DNA from: Lingula anatina
Taxonomy: Eukaryota; Animalia; Brachiopoda
NCBI GenBank assembly: GCA_051362555.1
Contig: CM120648.1
Coordinates: 14,442,587 to 14,506,586, forward strand
Reading direction: 5' to 3'
Length of the DNA: 64,000 nucleotides
Part shown: in pieces, positions 12,891 to 24,770 of the stretch
Position numbering within the stretch: position 1 is the first letter of the stretch
How the letters are laid out: every line of letters begins with the position of its first letter
Made by a program: the position numbers and the translations under genes
The notes under the pieces: generated by a model
Seen by the model: the letters and a program-made list of their open reading frames with translations, nothing else
Told to the model about the DNA's origin: nothing
Databases searched by the model: none

Positions 12891-15800
12891 TTTTCAGTTT
12901 TCTTAAATATATTATTCGAAAAAATTGTTTTCAGAGGACACTGTCAAATGCTAAGCTTATCACAGATTTTTATTGTTGTCGTGCATCATTTGCACAAATT
13001 TCACCATTATTGGACAAGATTTGTCAAAATGATTAACGTTTAACTAATTTATGTCTTGGAATTTGTCAGCCTTCTCAATGTTATTTTCAGTTTTCTCAAA
13101 AATATATATATCGTCCAAAAAAATAGTTTTTAGTGGACACAGTCAACTGGTAACCTTATCACTGATTTTTATAATTGTTCAGCATCATATGTTTAAATTT
13201 CACCAATGTTGGACTAGATTTGTCAAAATTATTAGCGTTTAACTATTTTATGTCTTGGAATTTGCCAGTCTTTTCAATGTAATTTTCAGTTTTCTAAAAT
13301 ATATCGTCCAAAAAAAATAGTTTTTAGTGCACACAGTCAATTGATAACCTTATCACTGATTTCTATTATTGTTCAGCATCGTTTGTCCAAATTTCACAAA
13401 TATTGGACTAGATTTGTCAAAATTGTTAACATTTAACTATTTTATGCCTTGGAATTTGCCAGTCTTTTCAATGTAATTTTCAGTTTTCTTAAATATATTA
13501 TTCGAAAAAATTGTTTTTAGAGGACTCTGTCAACTGATAACCTTATCAATGATTTTTATAATTGTTCAGCATCATATGTTTAAATTTCACCAATGTTGGA
13601 CTAGATTTGTCAAAATTATTAGCGTTTAACTATTTTATGTCATGGAATTTGCCAGTCTTTACAATGTAATTTTCAGTTTTCTAAAATATATCGTCCAAAA
13701 AATAGTTTTTAGTGGACACAGTCAACTGATAACCTTATCAATGATTTTAATAATTGTTCAGCATCATATGTTTAAATTTCACCAATGTTGGACTAGATTT
13801 GTCAAAATTATTAGCGTTTAACTATTTTATGTCTTGGAATTAGTCAGCCTTTTCAATGTTATTTTCAGTTTTCTCAAATATATATGTTCAGACAAAATCT
13901 TTTTTATTTTGCACAGTCACCTGCTAAGCTTATCACAGATTTTTATTGTTGTTCAGCATCATTTGCACAAATTTCAGCATTATTGGACTAGATTTGTCAA
14001 AATTATTAGCGTTGAACTATTTGATATATTGCTCATTTCCAGGTGACCCTTTCCATACAGTGTGGTGGCTTCTTGGTGAACTGACTCTTCCTCTCTGGAC
14101 TCAGCTAATTCCTATGGAAGAAGCAGGCACTGAAAGACAGTAGCAAGAGCAGCGCTATGTCTCATCCATGTGTAGAATATATTGTATGAGGCAAGATTTA
14201 GGACATTGTCAAATGTTGTGCTAAACCTGATTCCAAAAACCCACTGTAAGGAGGAATCTGCATCTGGTATTGGTAGTATGTAGAAGTCTTGAATGGGTAT
14301 GTATTGTTTTCCAGATGATATATATGGGTAATTTGGCACCTCTTACACAAACTCAATTCGTAATATTTCTTGTTTCATTTTAGACTGAATGATATGTTGT
14401 GAAATCGTAAAATATGTTTTCGGTAATTCTACCTCTTGTCCGACAAATTTCTAATGAACAACACTTCTATGACACACTGTCAACTGATAAGCTTATTAGA
14501 GATATTTATTGTTGTTAAGCATCATTTGCACAAATTTCACCAATGTTGGACTAGATTTGTCAAAATTATTAGCGTTTAACTATTTTATGTCATTGGATTT
14601 GCCAGTCTTTTCAATGTAATTTTCAGTTTTCTAAAATATATCGTCCAAAAAAATAGTTTTTAGTGCACACAGTCAACTGATAACCTTATCAATGATTTTT
14701 ATAATTGTTCAGCATCATATGTTTAAATTTCACCAATGTTGGACTAGATTTGTCAAAATTATTAGCGTTTAACTATTTTATGTCATGGAATTTGCCAGTC
14801 TTTTCAATATAATTTTCAGTTTTCTAAAATATATCGTCCAAAAAAATCGTTTTTAGTGGTCACAGTCAACTAATAACCTTATCACTGATTTTTATTATTG
14901 TTCAGCATCATTTGTCCAAATTTCAAAAACATTGAGAGTAGATTTGTTAAAATTATTATTGTTTAACTATTTGATATATTGCTCATTTCCAGGTGACCCT
15001 TTCCATAAAGTGTGGTGGCTTCTTGGTGAACCCACTCTTCCTCTCTGGACACGGTTAATTCCTATGGAAAAAGCAGGCATTAAAAGTCAGTAGCGAGACA
15101 GCGCTATGTCTCATCCATTTGTAGAATATATTGTATGAGGCAAGATTTAGGACATTGTCAAATGTTGTGCTAAACCTGATTCCAGAAATCCACTGTAAGG
15201 AGGAATCTGCATCTGGTATTGGTAGTATGTAGAAGTTTTGAATGGGTATGTATTGTTTTCCAGATGATATATATGGGTAATTTGGCACCTCTTACACAAA
15301 CAAACTCAAATCGTAATATTTCTTGTTTCATTTTAGACTGGCTGATATGTTGTGAAATCGTAAAATTTGTTTTGGGTAATTCTACCTCTTGTCGAACAAA
15401 TTGCTTATGAACACCACTTCTACTACACACGGTCAACTGTTAAGCTTATCACAGATATTTATTGTTGTTAAGCATCATTTGTACAAATTTCACAAATATT
15501 GGAGTAGATTTGTCAAAATTATTAGCGTTTAACTATTTTATGTCATGGAATTTGCCAGTCTTTTCAATGTAATTTTGTTTTCTAAAATATATCGTCCAAA
15601 AAAATCGTTTTTAGTGCACACAGTAAACTGATAAGTTTCTCACTGATTTTTATAATTGTTCAGCATCATATGTTTAAATTTCACCAATGTTGGACCAGAT
15701 TTGTCAAAATTATTAGCGTTTAACTATTTTATGTCATGGAATTTGCCAGTCTTTTCAATGTAATTTTCAGTTTTCTAAAATATATCGTCCAAAAAAATAG

Positions 15801-18800
15801 TTTTTAGTGGACACAGTCAACTGATAACCTTATCACTGATTTTTATAATTGTTCAGCATCATATGTTTAAATTTCACCAATGTTGGACTAGATTTGTCAA
15901 AGTTATTAGCGTTTAACTATTTTATGTCATGGAATTTGCCAGTCTTTTAAATGTAATTTTCAGTTTTCTAAAATATATCGTCCAAAAAAATCGTTTTTAG
16001 TGGTCACAGTCAACTGATAAGCTTCTCACTGATTTTTATAATAGTTCAGCATCATATGTTTAAATTTCACCATTATTGGACTAGATTTGTCAAAGTGATT
16101 AACGTTTAACTATTTTATGTCTTGGAATTAGTCAGCCTTTTCAATGTTATTTTCAGTTTTCTAAAATATATCATCCATTAAAAATCGTTTTAAGTGGACA
16201 CAGTCAACAAATAAGCTTCTCACTGATTTTTATGTATGTTCAGCATCATATGTTTAAATTTCACTATTATTGGACTAGATTTGTTAAAGTTATTAACGTT
16301 TAACTATTTTATGTCTTGGAATTAGTCAGCCTTTTCAATGTTATTTTCAGTTTTCTCAAATATATATGTTCAGACAAAATCTTTTTTATTTTACACAGTC
16401 AACTGCTAAGCTTATCACAGATTTTTATTGTTGTTCAGCATCATTTGCATAAATTTCAACATTATTGGACTAGATTTGTCAAAATTATTAGCGTTTAACT
16501 ATTTTATGTCTTGGAATTTGCCAGTCTTTTCAATGTAATTTTCAGTTTTCTAAAATATATCGTCCAAAAAAAATCGTTTTCAGTGGACACAGTCAACTGA
16601 TACCCTTATCACTGATTTTTATTATTGTTCAGCATCATTTGTCCAAATTTCACAAATATTGGACTAGATTTGTCAAAATTATTAACGTTTAACTATTTGA
16701 TATATTGCTCATTTCCAGGTGACCCTTTCCATAAAGTGTGGTGGCCTCTTGGTGAACAGACTCTTCCTCTCTGGACACGGCTAATTCCCATGGAAAAAGC
16801 AAGCATTGAAAGTCAGTAGCGGGACAGCGCTATGTCTCATCCATTTGTAGAATATATTGTATGAGGCAAGATTTAGGACATTGTCAAATGTTGTGCTAAA
16901 CCTGATTCCAGAAATCCACTGTAAGGAGGAATCTGCATCTGGTATTGGTAGTATGTAGAAGTCTTGAATGGGTATGTATTGTTCTCCAGATGATATATAT
17001 GGGTAATTTGGCACCTCTTACACAAACAAACTCAAATCGTAATATTTCTTGTTTCATTTTAGACTGACTGATATGTTATGAAATCGTAAAATTTGTATTC
17101 GGTAATTCTACCTCTTGTCGAACAAATTGCTAATGAACACCACTTCTACTACACACGGTCAACTGTTAAGCTTATCACAGATATTTATTGTTGTTAAGCA
17201 TCATTTGTACAAATTTCACAAATATTGGAGTAGATTTGTCAAAATTATTAGCGTTTAACTATTTTATGTCATGGAATTTGCCAGTCTTTTCAATGTAATT
17301 TTCTGTTTTCTAAAATATATCGTCCAAAAAAATCGTTTTTAGTGCACACAGTCAACTGATAAGTTTCTCACTGATTTTTATAATTGTTCAGCATCATATG
17401 TTTAAATTTCACCAATGTTGGACCAGATTTGTCAAAATTATTAGCGTTTAACTATTTTATGTCATGGAATTTGCCAGTCTTTTCAATGTAATTTTCAGTT
17501 TTCTAAAATGTATCGTCCAAAAAAATAGTTTTTAGTGGACACAGTCAACTGATAACCTTATCACTGATTTCTATAATTGTTCAGCATCATATGTTTAAAT
17601 TTCACCAATGTTGGACTAGATTTGTCAAAATTATTAGCGTTTAACTATTTTATGTCATGGAATTTGCCAGTCTTTTCAATGTAATTTTCAGTTTTCTAAA
17701 ATATATCGTCCAAAAAAATCGTTTTAAGTGGACACAGTCAACTGATAAGCTTCTCACTGATTTTTATATATGTTCAGCATCATATGTTTAAATTTCACCA
17801 TTATTGGACTTGATTTGTCAAAGTTATTAACGTTTAACTATTTTATGTCTTGGAATTAGTCAGCCTTTTCAATGTTATTTTCAGTTTTCTCAAATATATA
17901 TGTTCAGACAAGATCTTTTTCATTTTACACAGTCAACTGCTAACTTTATCACAGATTTTTATTGTTGTTCAGCATCATTTGCACAAATTTCACCATTATT
18001 GGACTAGATTTGTCAAAATTATTAGCGTTTAACTATTTTATGTCTTGGAATTTGCCAGTCTTTTCAATGTTATTTTCAGTTTTCTAAAATATATCATCCA
18101 TTAAAAATCGTTTTTAGTGGACACAGTCAACTGATAACCTTATCACTGATTTTTATTATTGTTCAGCATCATTTGTCCAAATTTCACAAATATTGGACTA
18201 GATTTGTCAAAATTATTAACGTTTAACTATTTGATATATTGCTCATTTCCATGTGACCCTTTTCATAGAGTGTGGTGGCCTCTTGGTGAACACACTCTTC
18301 CTCTCTGGACACGGCTAATTCCTATGGAAAAAGCAAGCATTGAAAGTCAATAGCGGGACAGCGCTATGTCTCATCCATTTGTAGAATATATTGTATGAGG
18401 TAAGATTTAGGACATTGTCAAATGTTGTGCTAAACCTGATTCCAGAAATCCACTGTAAGGAGGAATCTGCATCTGGTATTGGTAGTATGTCTTGAATGGG
18501 TATGTATTGTTTTCCAGATGATATATATGGGTAATTTGGCACCCCTTACACAAACAAACTCAAATCGTAATGTTTCTTGTTTCATTTTAGACTGACTGAT
18601 GTTGTGAAATCGTAAAATTTGTTTTCGGTAATTCTACCTCTTGTCGAAGAAATTGCTAATGAACACCACTTCTACTACACACGGTCAACTGATAAGCTTA
18701 TCACAGATATTTGTTGTTGTTAAGCATCATTTGTACAAATTGCACAAATATTGGAGTAGATTTGTCAAAATTATTAGCGTTTAACTATTTTATGTCATGG

Positions 18801-20338
18801 AATTTGCCAGTCTTTTCAATGTAATTTTCAGTTTTCTAAAATATATCGTCCAAAAAAATAGTTTTTAGTGGACACAGTCAACTGATAACCTTATCACTGA
18901 TTTTTAAAATTGTTCAGCATCATATGTTTAAATTTCACCAATGTTGGACTAGATTTGTCAAAATTATTAGTGTTTAACTATTTTATGTCATGGAATTTGC
19001 CAGTCTTTTCAATGTAATTTTCAGTTTTCTAAAATATATCGTCCAAAAAAATAGTTTTTAGTGGACACAGTCAACTGATAACCTTATCACTGATTTTTAA
19101 AATTGTTCAGCATCATATGTTTAAATTTCACCAATGTTGGACTAGATTTGTCAAAATTATTAGTGTTTAACTATTTTATGTCATGGAATTTGCCAGTCTT
19201 TTCAATGTAATTTTCAGTTTTCTAAAATATATCGTCCAAAAAAATAGTTTTTAGTGGACACAGTCAACTGATAACCTTATCACTGATTTTTATAATTGTT
19301 CAGCATCATATGTTTAAATTTCACCAATGTTGGACTAGATTTGTCAAAATTATTAACGTTTAACTATTTTATGTCATGGAATTTGCCAGTCTTTTCAATG
19401 TAATTTTCAGTTTTCTAAAATATATCATCCAAAAAAATCGTTTTAAGTGGACACAGTCAACTGATAACCTTATCATTGATTTTTATAATTGTTCAGCATC
19501 AAATATTTAAATTTCACCAATGTTGGACTAGATTTGTCAAAATTATTAACGTTTAACTATTTTATGTCTTCGAATTTGTCAGTCTTTTCAATGTTATTTT
19601 CAGTTTTCTAAAATATATCATCCATTAAAAATCGTTTTAAGTGGACACAGTCAACTGATAAGCTTCTCACTGATTTTTATATATGTTCAGCATCATATGT
19701 TTAAATTTCACCATTATTGGACTTGATTTGTCAAAGTTATTAACGTTTAACTATTTTATGTCTTGGAATTTGTCAGCCTTTTCAATGTTATTTTCAGTTT
19801 TCTCAAATATATATGTTCAGACGAAATCTTTTTCATTTCACACAGTCAATTGATAAGCTTATCACAGACTTTTATTGTTGTTCAGTATCATTTGCACCAA
19901 TTTCACCATTATTGGACTAGATTTGTCAAAATTATTAACGTTTAACTATTTTATGTCTTGGAATTTGTCAGCCTTTTCAATGTTATTTTCAGTTTTCTCA
20001 AATATATATATTCATACAAAATCTTTTTCATTTTACACAGTCAACTGATAACTTTATTACAGATTTTGATTATTGTTCAGCATCATTTGCACCAATTTCA
20101 CCATTATTGGACTATATTTGTCAAAATTATTAGCGTTTAACTATTTTATGTCTTGGAATTTGCCAGTCTTTTCAATGTAATTTTCAGTTTTCTAAAATAT
20201 ATCGTCCAAAAAAATCATTTTTAGTGGACACAGTCAAGTGATTAACTTATCACTGATTTTTATTATTGTTCAGCATCATTTGTCCAAATTTCACAAATAT
20301 TGGACTAGATTTGTCAAAATTATAAACGTTTAACTATT

Positions 20339-20802
20339 TGATATATTGCTCATTTCCAGGTGACCCTTTCCATACAGTGTGGTGGCTTCTTGGTGAACTG
20401 ACTCTTCCTCTCTGGACTCAGCTAATTCCTATGGAAAAAGCAGGCACTGAAAGACAGTAGCAAGAGCAGCGCTATGTCTCATCCATGTGTAGAATATATT
20501 GTATGAGGCAAGATTTAGGACATTGTCAAATGTTGTGCTAAACCTGATTCCAGAAACCCACTGTAAGGAGGAATCTGCATCTGGTATTGGTAGTATTTAG
20601 AAGTTAAGAATGGGTATGTATTGTTTTCCAGATGATATATATGGGTAATTTGGCACCTCTTACACAAACAAACTCAAATCATAATATTTCTTGTTTCATT
20701 TTAGACTGGCTGATATGTTGTGAAATCGTAAAATTTGTTTTCGGTAATTCTACCTCTTGTCGAACAAATTGCTAATGAACACCACTTCTACTACACACGG
20801 TC
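20339..20802. repeat. Representative cassette ('head'): 372-bp non-monomer core plus 88-bp diverged half-monomer; 39 copies in the window
   Basis: Copies begin (TGATATATTGCTCATTTCC) at 3009, 3770, 5403, 6722, 7676, 8628, 10363, 11315, 14022, 14972, 16698, 18232, 20339, 22066, 23793, 24939, 26667, 28394, 29541, 31075, 32024, 33560, 35096, 36436, 37970, 38919, 40644, 42367, 44090, 46010, 47733, 49460, 51183, 54718, 55861, 57390, 58919, 60841 and 63342. All are in the same orientation and always enter at the same monomer position (AACTATT|T). Confidence 0.93.
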
Positions 20803-23800
20803 AACTGTTAAGCTTATCACAGATATTTATTGTTGTTAAACATCATTTGCACAAATTTCACAAATATTGGAGTAGATTTGTCAAAATTATTAGCGTTTAA
20901 CTATTTTATGTCATGGAATTTGCCAGTCTTTTCAATGTAATTTTCAGTTTTCTAAAATATATCGTCTAAAAAAATAGTTTTTAGTGGACACAGTCAACTG
21001 ATAACCTTATCACTGATTTTTATAATTGTTCAGCATCATATGTTTAAATTTCACCAATGTTGGACTAGATTTGTCAAAATTATTAGCGTTTAACTATTTT
21101 ATGTCTTGGAATTTGCCAGTCTTTTCAATGTAATTTTCAGTTTTCTAAAATATATCGTCTAAAAAAATAGTTTTTAGTGGACACAGTCAACTGATAACCT
21201 TATCACTGATTTTTATAATTGTTCAGCATCATATGTTTAAATTTCACCAATGTTGGACTAGATTTGTCAAAATTATTAGCGTTTAACTATTTTATGTCTT
21301 GGAATTTGCCAGTCTTTTCAATGTAATTTTCAGTTTTCTAAAATATATCGTCCAAAAAAAATAGTTTTTAGTGCACACAGTCAATTGATAACCTTATCAC
21401 TGATTTCTATTATTGTTCAGCATCGTTCGTCCAAATTTCACAAATATTGGACTAGATTTGTCAAAATTGTTAACATTTAACTATTTTATGCCTTGGAATT
21501 TGCCAGTCTTTTCAATGTAATTTTCAGTTTTCTTAAATATATTATTCGAAAAAATTGTTTTCAGAGGACTCTGTCAACTGATAACCTTATCAATGATTTT
21601 TATAATTGTTCAGCATCATATGTTTAAATTTCACCAATGTTGGACTAGATTTGTCAAAATTATTAGCGTTTAACTATTTTATGTCATGGAATTTGCCAGT
21701 CTTTTCAATGTAATTTTCAGTTTTCTAAAATATATCGTCCAAAAAATAGTTTTTAGTGGACACAGTCAACTGATAACCTTATCAATGATTTTTATAATTG
21801 TTCAGCATCATATGTTTAAATTTCACCAATGTTGGACTAGATTTGTCAAAATTATTAGCGTTTAACTATTTTATGTCTTGGAATTAGTCAGCCTTTTCAA
21901 TGTTATTTTCAGTTTTCTAAAATATATATGTTCAGACAAAATCTTTTTTATTTTGCACAATCACCTGCTAAGCTTATCACAGATTTTTATTGTTGTTCAG
22001 CATCATTTGCACAAATTTCAGCATTATTGGACTAGATTTGTCAAAATTATTAGCGTTGAACTATTTGATATATTGCTCATTTCCAGGTGACCCTTTCCAT
22101 ACAGTGTGGTGGCTTCTTGGTGAACTGACTCTTCCTCTCTGGACTCAGCTAATTCCTATGGAAAAAGCAGGCACTGAAAGACAGTAGCAAGAGCAGCGCT
22201 ATGTCTCATCCATGTGTAGAATATATTGTATGAGGCAAGATTTAGGACATTGTCAAATGTTGTGCTAAACCTGATTCCAGAAACCCACTGTAAGGAGGAA
22301 TCTGCATCTGGTATTGGTAGTATTTAGAAGTTAAGAATGGGTATGTATTGTTTTCCAGATGATATATATGGGTAATTTGGCACCTCTTACACAAACAAAC
22401 TCAAATCATAATATTTCTTGTTTCATTTTAGACTGGCTGATATGTTGTGAAATCGTAAAATTTGTTTTCGGTAATTCTACCTCTTGTCGAACAAATTGCT
22501 AATGAACACCACTTCTACTACACACGGTCAACTGTTAAGCTTATCACAGATATTTATTGTTGTTAAACATCATTTGCACAAATTTCACAAATATTGGAGT
22601 AGATTTGTCAAAATTATTAGCGTTTAACTATTTTATGTCTTGGAATTTGCCAGTCTTTTCAATGTAATTTTCAGTTTTCTAAAATATATCGTCTAAAAAA
22701 ATAGTTTTTAGTGGACACAGTCAACTGATAACCTTATCACTGATTTTTATAATTGTTCAGCATCATATGTTTAAATTTCACCAATGTTGGACTAGATTTG
22801 TCAAAATTATTAGCGTTTAACTATTTTATGTCTTGGAATTTGCCAGTCTTTTCAATGTAATTTTCAGTTTTCTAAAATATATCGTCTAAAAAAATAGTTT
22901 TTAGTGGACACAGTCAACTGATAACCTTATCACTGATTTTTATAATTGTTCAGCATCATATGTTTAAATTTCACCAATGTTGGACTAGATTTGTCAAAAT
23001 TATTAGCGTTTAACTATTTTATGTCTTGGAATTTGCCAGTCTTTTCAATGTAATTTTCAGTTTTCTAAAATATATCGTCCAAAAAAAATAGTTTTTAGTG
23101 CACACAGTCAATTGATAACCTTATCACTGATTTCTATTATTGTTCAGCATCGTTCGTCCAAATTTCACAAATATTGGACTAGATTTGTCAAAATTGTTAA
23201 CATTTAACTATTTTATGCCTTGGAATTTGCCAGTCTTTTCAATGTAATTTTCAGTTTTCTTAAATATATTATTCGAAAAAATTGTTTTCAGAGGACTCTG
23301 TCAACTGATAACCTTATCAATGATTTTTATAATTGTTCAGCATCATATGTTTAAATTTCACCAATGTTGGACTAGATTTGTCAAAATTATTAGCGTTTAA
23401 CTATTTTATGTCATGGAATTTGCCAGTCTTTTCAATGTAATTTTCAGTTTTCTAAAATATATCGTCCAAAAAATAGTTTTTAGTGGACACAGTCAACTGA
23501 TAACCTTATCAATGATTTTTATAATTGTTCAGCATCATATGTTTAAATTTCACCAATGTTGGACTAGATTTGTCAAAATTATTAGCGTTTAACTATTTTA
23601 TGTCTTGGAATTAGTCAGCCTTTTCAATGTTATTTTCAGTTTTCTAAAATATATATGTTCAGACAAAATCTTTTTTATTTTGCACAATCACCTGCTAAGC
23701 TTATCACAGATTTTTATTGTTGTTCAGCATCATTTGCACAAATTTCAGCATTATTGGACTAGATTTGTCAAAATTATTAGCGTTGAACTATTTGATATAT

Positions 23801-24770
23801 TGCTCATTTCCAGGTGACCCTTTCCATACAGTGTGGTGGCTTCTTGGTGAACTGACTCTTCCTCTCTGGACTCAGCTAATTCCTATGGAAAAAGCAGGCA
23901 CTGAAAGACAGTAGCAAGAGCAGCGCTATGTCTCATCCATGTGTAGAATATATTGTATGAGGCAAGATTTAGGACATTGTCAAATGTTGTGCTAAACCTG
24001 ATTCCAGAAACCCACTGTAAGGAGGAATCTGCATCTGGTATTGGTAGTATTTAGAAGTTAAGAATGGGTATGTATTGTTTTCCAGATGATATATATGGGT
24101 AATTTGGCACCTCTTACACAAACAAACTCAAATCATAATATTTCTTGTTTCATTTTAGACTGGCTGATATGTTGTGAAATCGTAAAATTTGTTTTCGGTA
24201 ATTCTACCTCTTGTCGAACAAATTGCTAATGAACACCACTTCTACTACACACGGTCAACTGTTAAGCTTATCACAGATATTTATTGTTGTTAAACATCAT
24301 TTGCACAAATTTCACAAATATTGGAGTAGATTTGTCAAAATTATTAGCGTTTAACTATTTTATGTCATGGAATTTGCCAGTCTTTTCAATGTAATTTTCA
24401 GTTTTCTAAAATATATCGTCTAAAAAAATAGTTTTTAGTGGACACAGTCAACTGATAACCTTATCACTGATTTTTATAATTGTTCAGCATCATATGTTTA
24501 AATTTCACCAATGTTGGACTAGATTTGTCAAAATTATTAGCGTTTAACTATTTTATGTCTTGGAATTTGCCAGTCTTTTCAATGTAATTTTCAGTTTTCT
24601 AAAATATATCGTCTAAAAAAATAGTTTTTAGTGGACACAGTCAACTGATAACCTTATCACTGATTTTTATAATTGTTCAGCATCATATGTTTAAATTTCA
24701 CCAATGTTGGACTAGATTTGTCAAAATTATTAGCGTTTAACTATTTTATGTCTTGGAATTTGCCAGTCTT
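20339..24770. repeat. Higher-order tandem repeat, period 1727 bp (~2.5 copies; boundaries approximate)
   Basis: Cassettes at 20339, 22066 and 23793 share the GAAGTTAAG and AAATCATAAT variants. ORFs 21878/23605 are offset by 1727. Confidence 0.85.

Noticed and set aside
20506-20528. AGGCAAGATTTAGGACATTG resembling miR-31/miR-72 (AGGCAAGAT start)
   Set aside because: Only the first 9 nt match, the 3' part differs, and the surrounding hairpin is too short and imperfect for a pre-miRNA. Small-RNA-seq would settle it.
20339-20716. Known snRNA, SL RNA, 5S, tRNA or snoRNA in the cassette
   Set aside because: No recognisable U1/U2/U4/U5/U6 or 5S sequence, Pol III A/B boxes, or intact C/D or H/ACA boxes. 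The AATTACCCA on the minus strand is only a short coincidental match to nematode SL1.
20700-20730. Hammerhead ribozyme/retrozyme core (CTGAT...GAAA)
   Set aside because: It reads CTGATAT rather than CTGANGA and has no stem II. The monomer CTGATAA lacks a downstream GAAA core.
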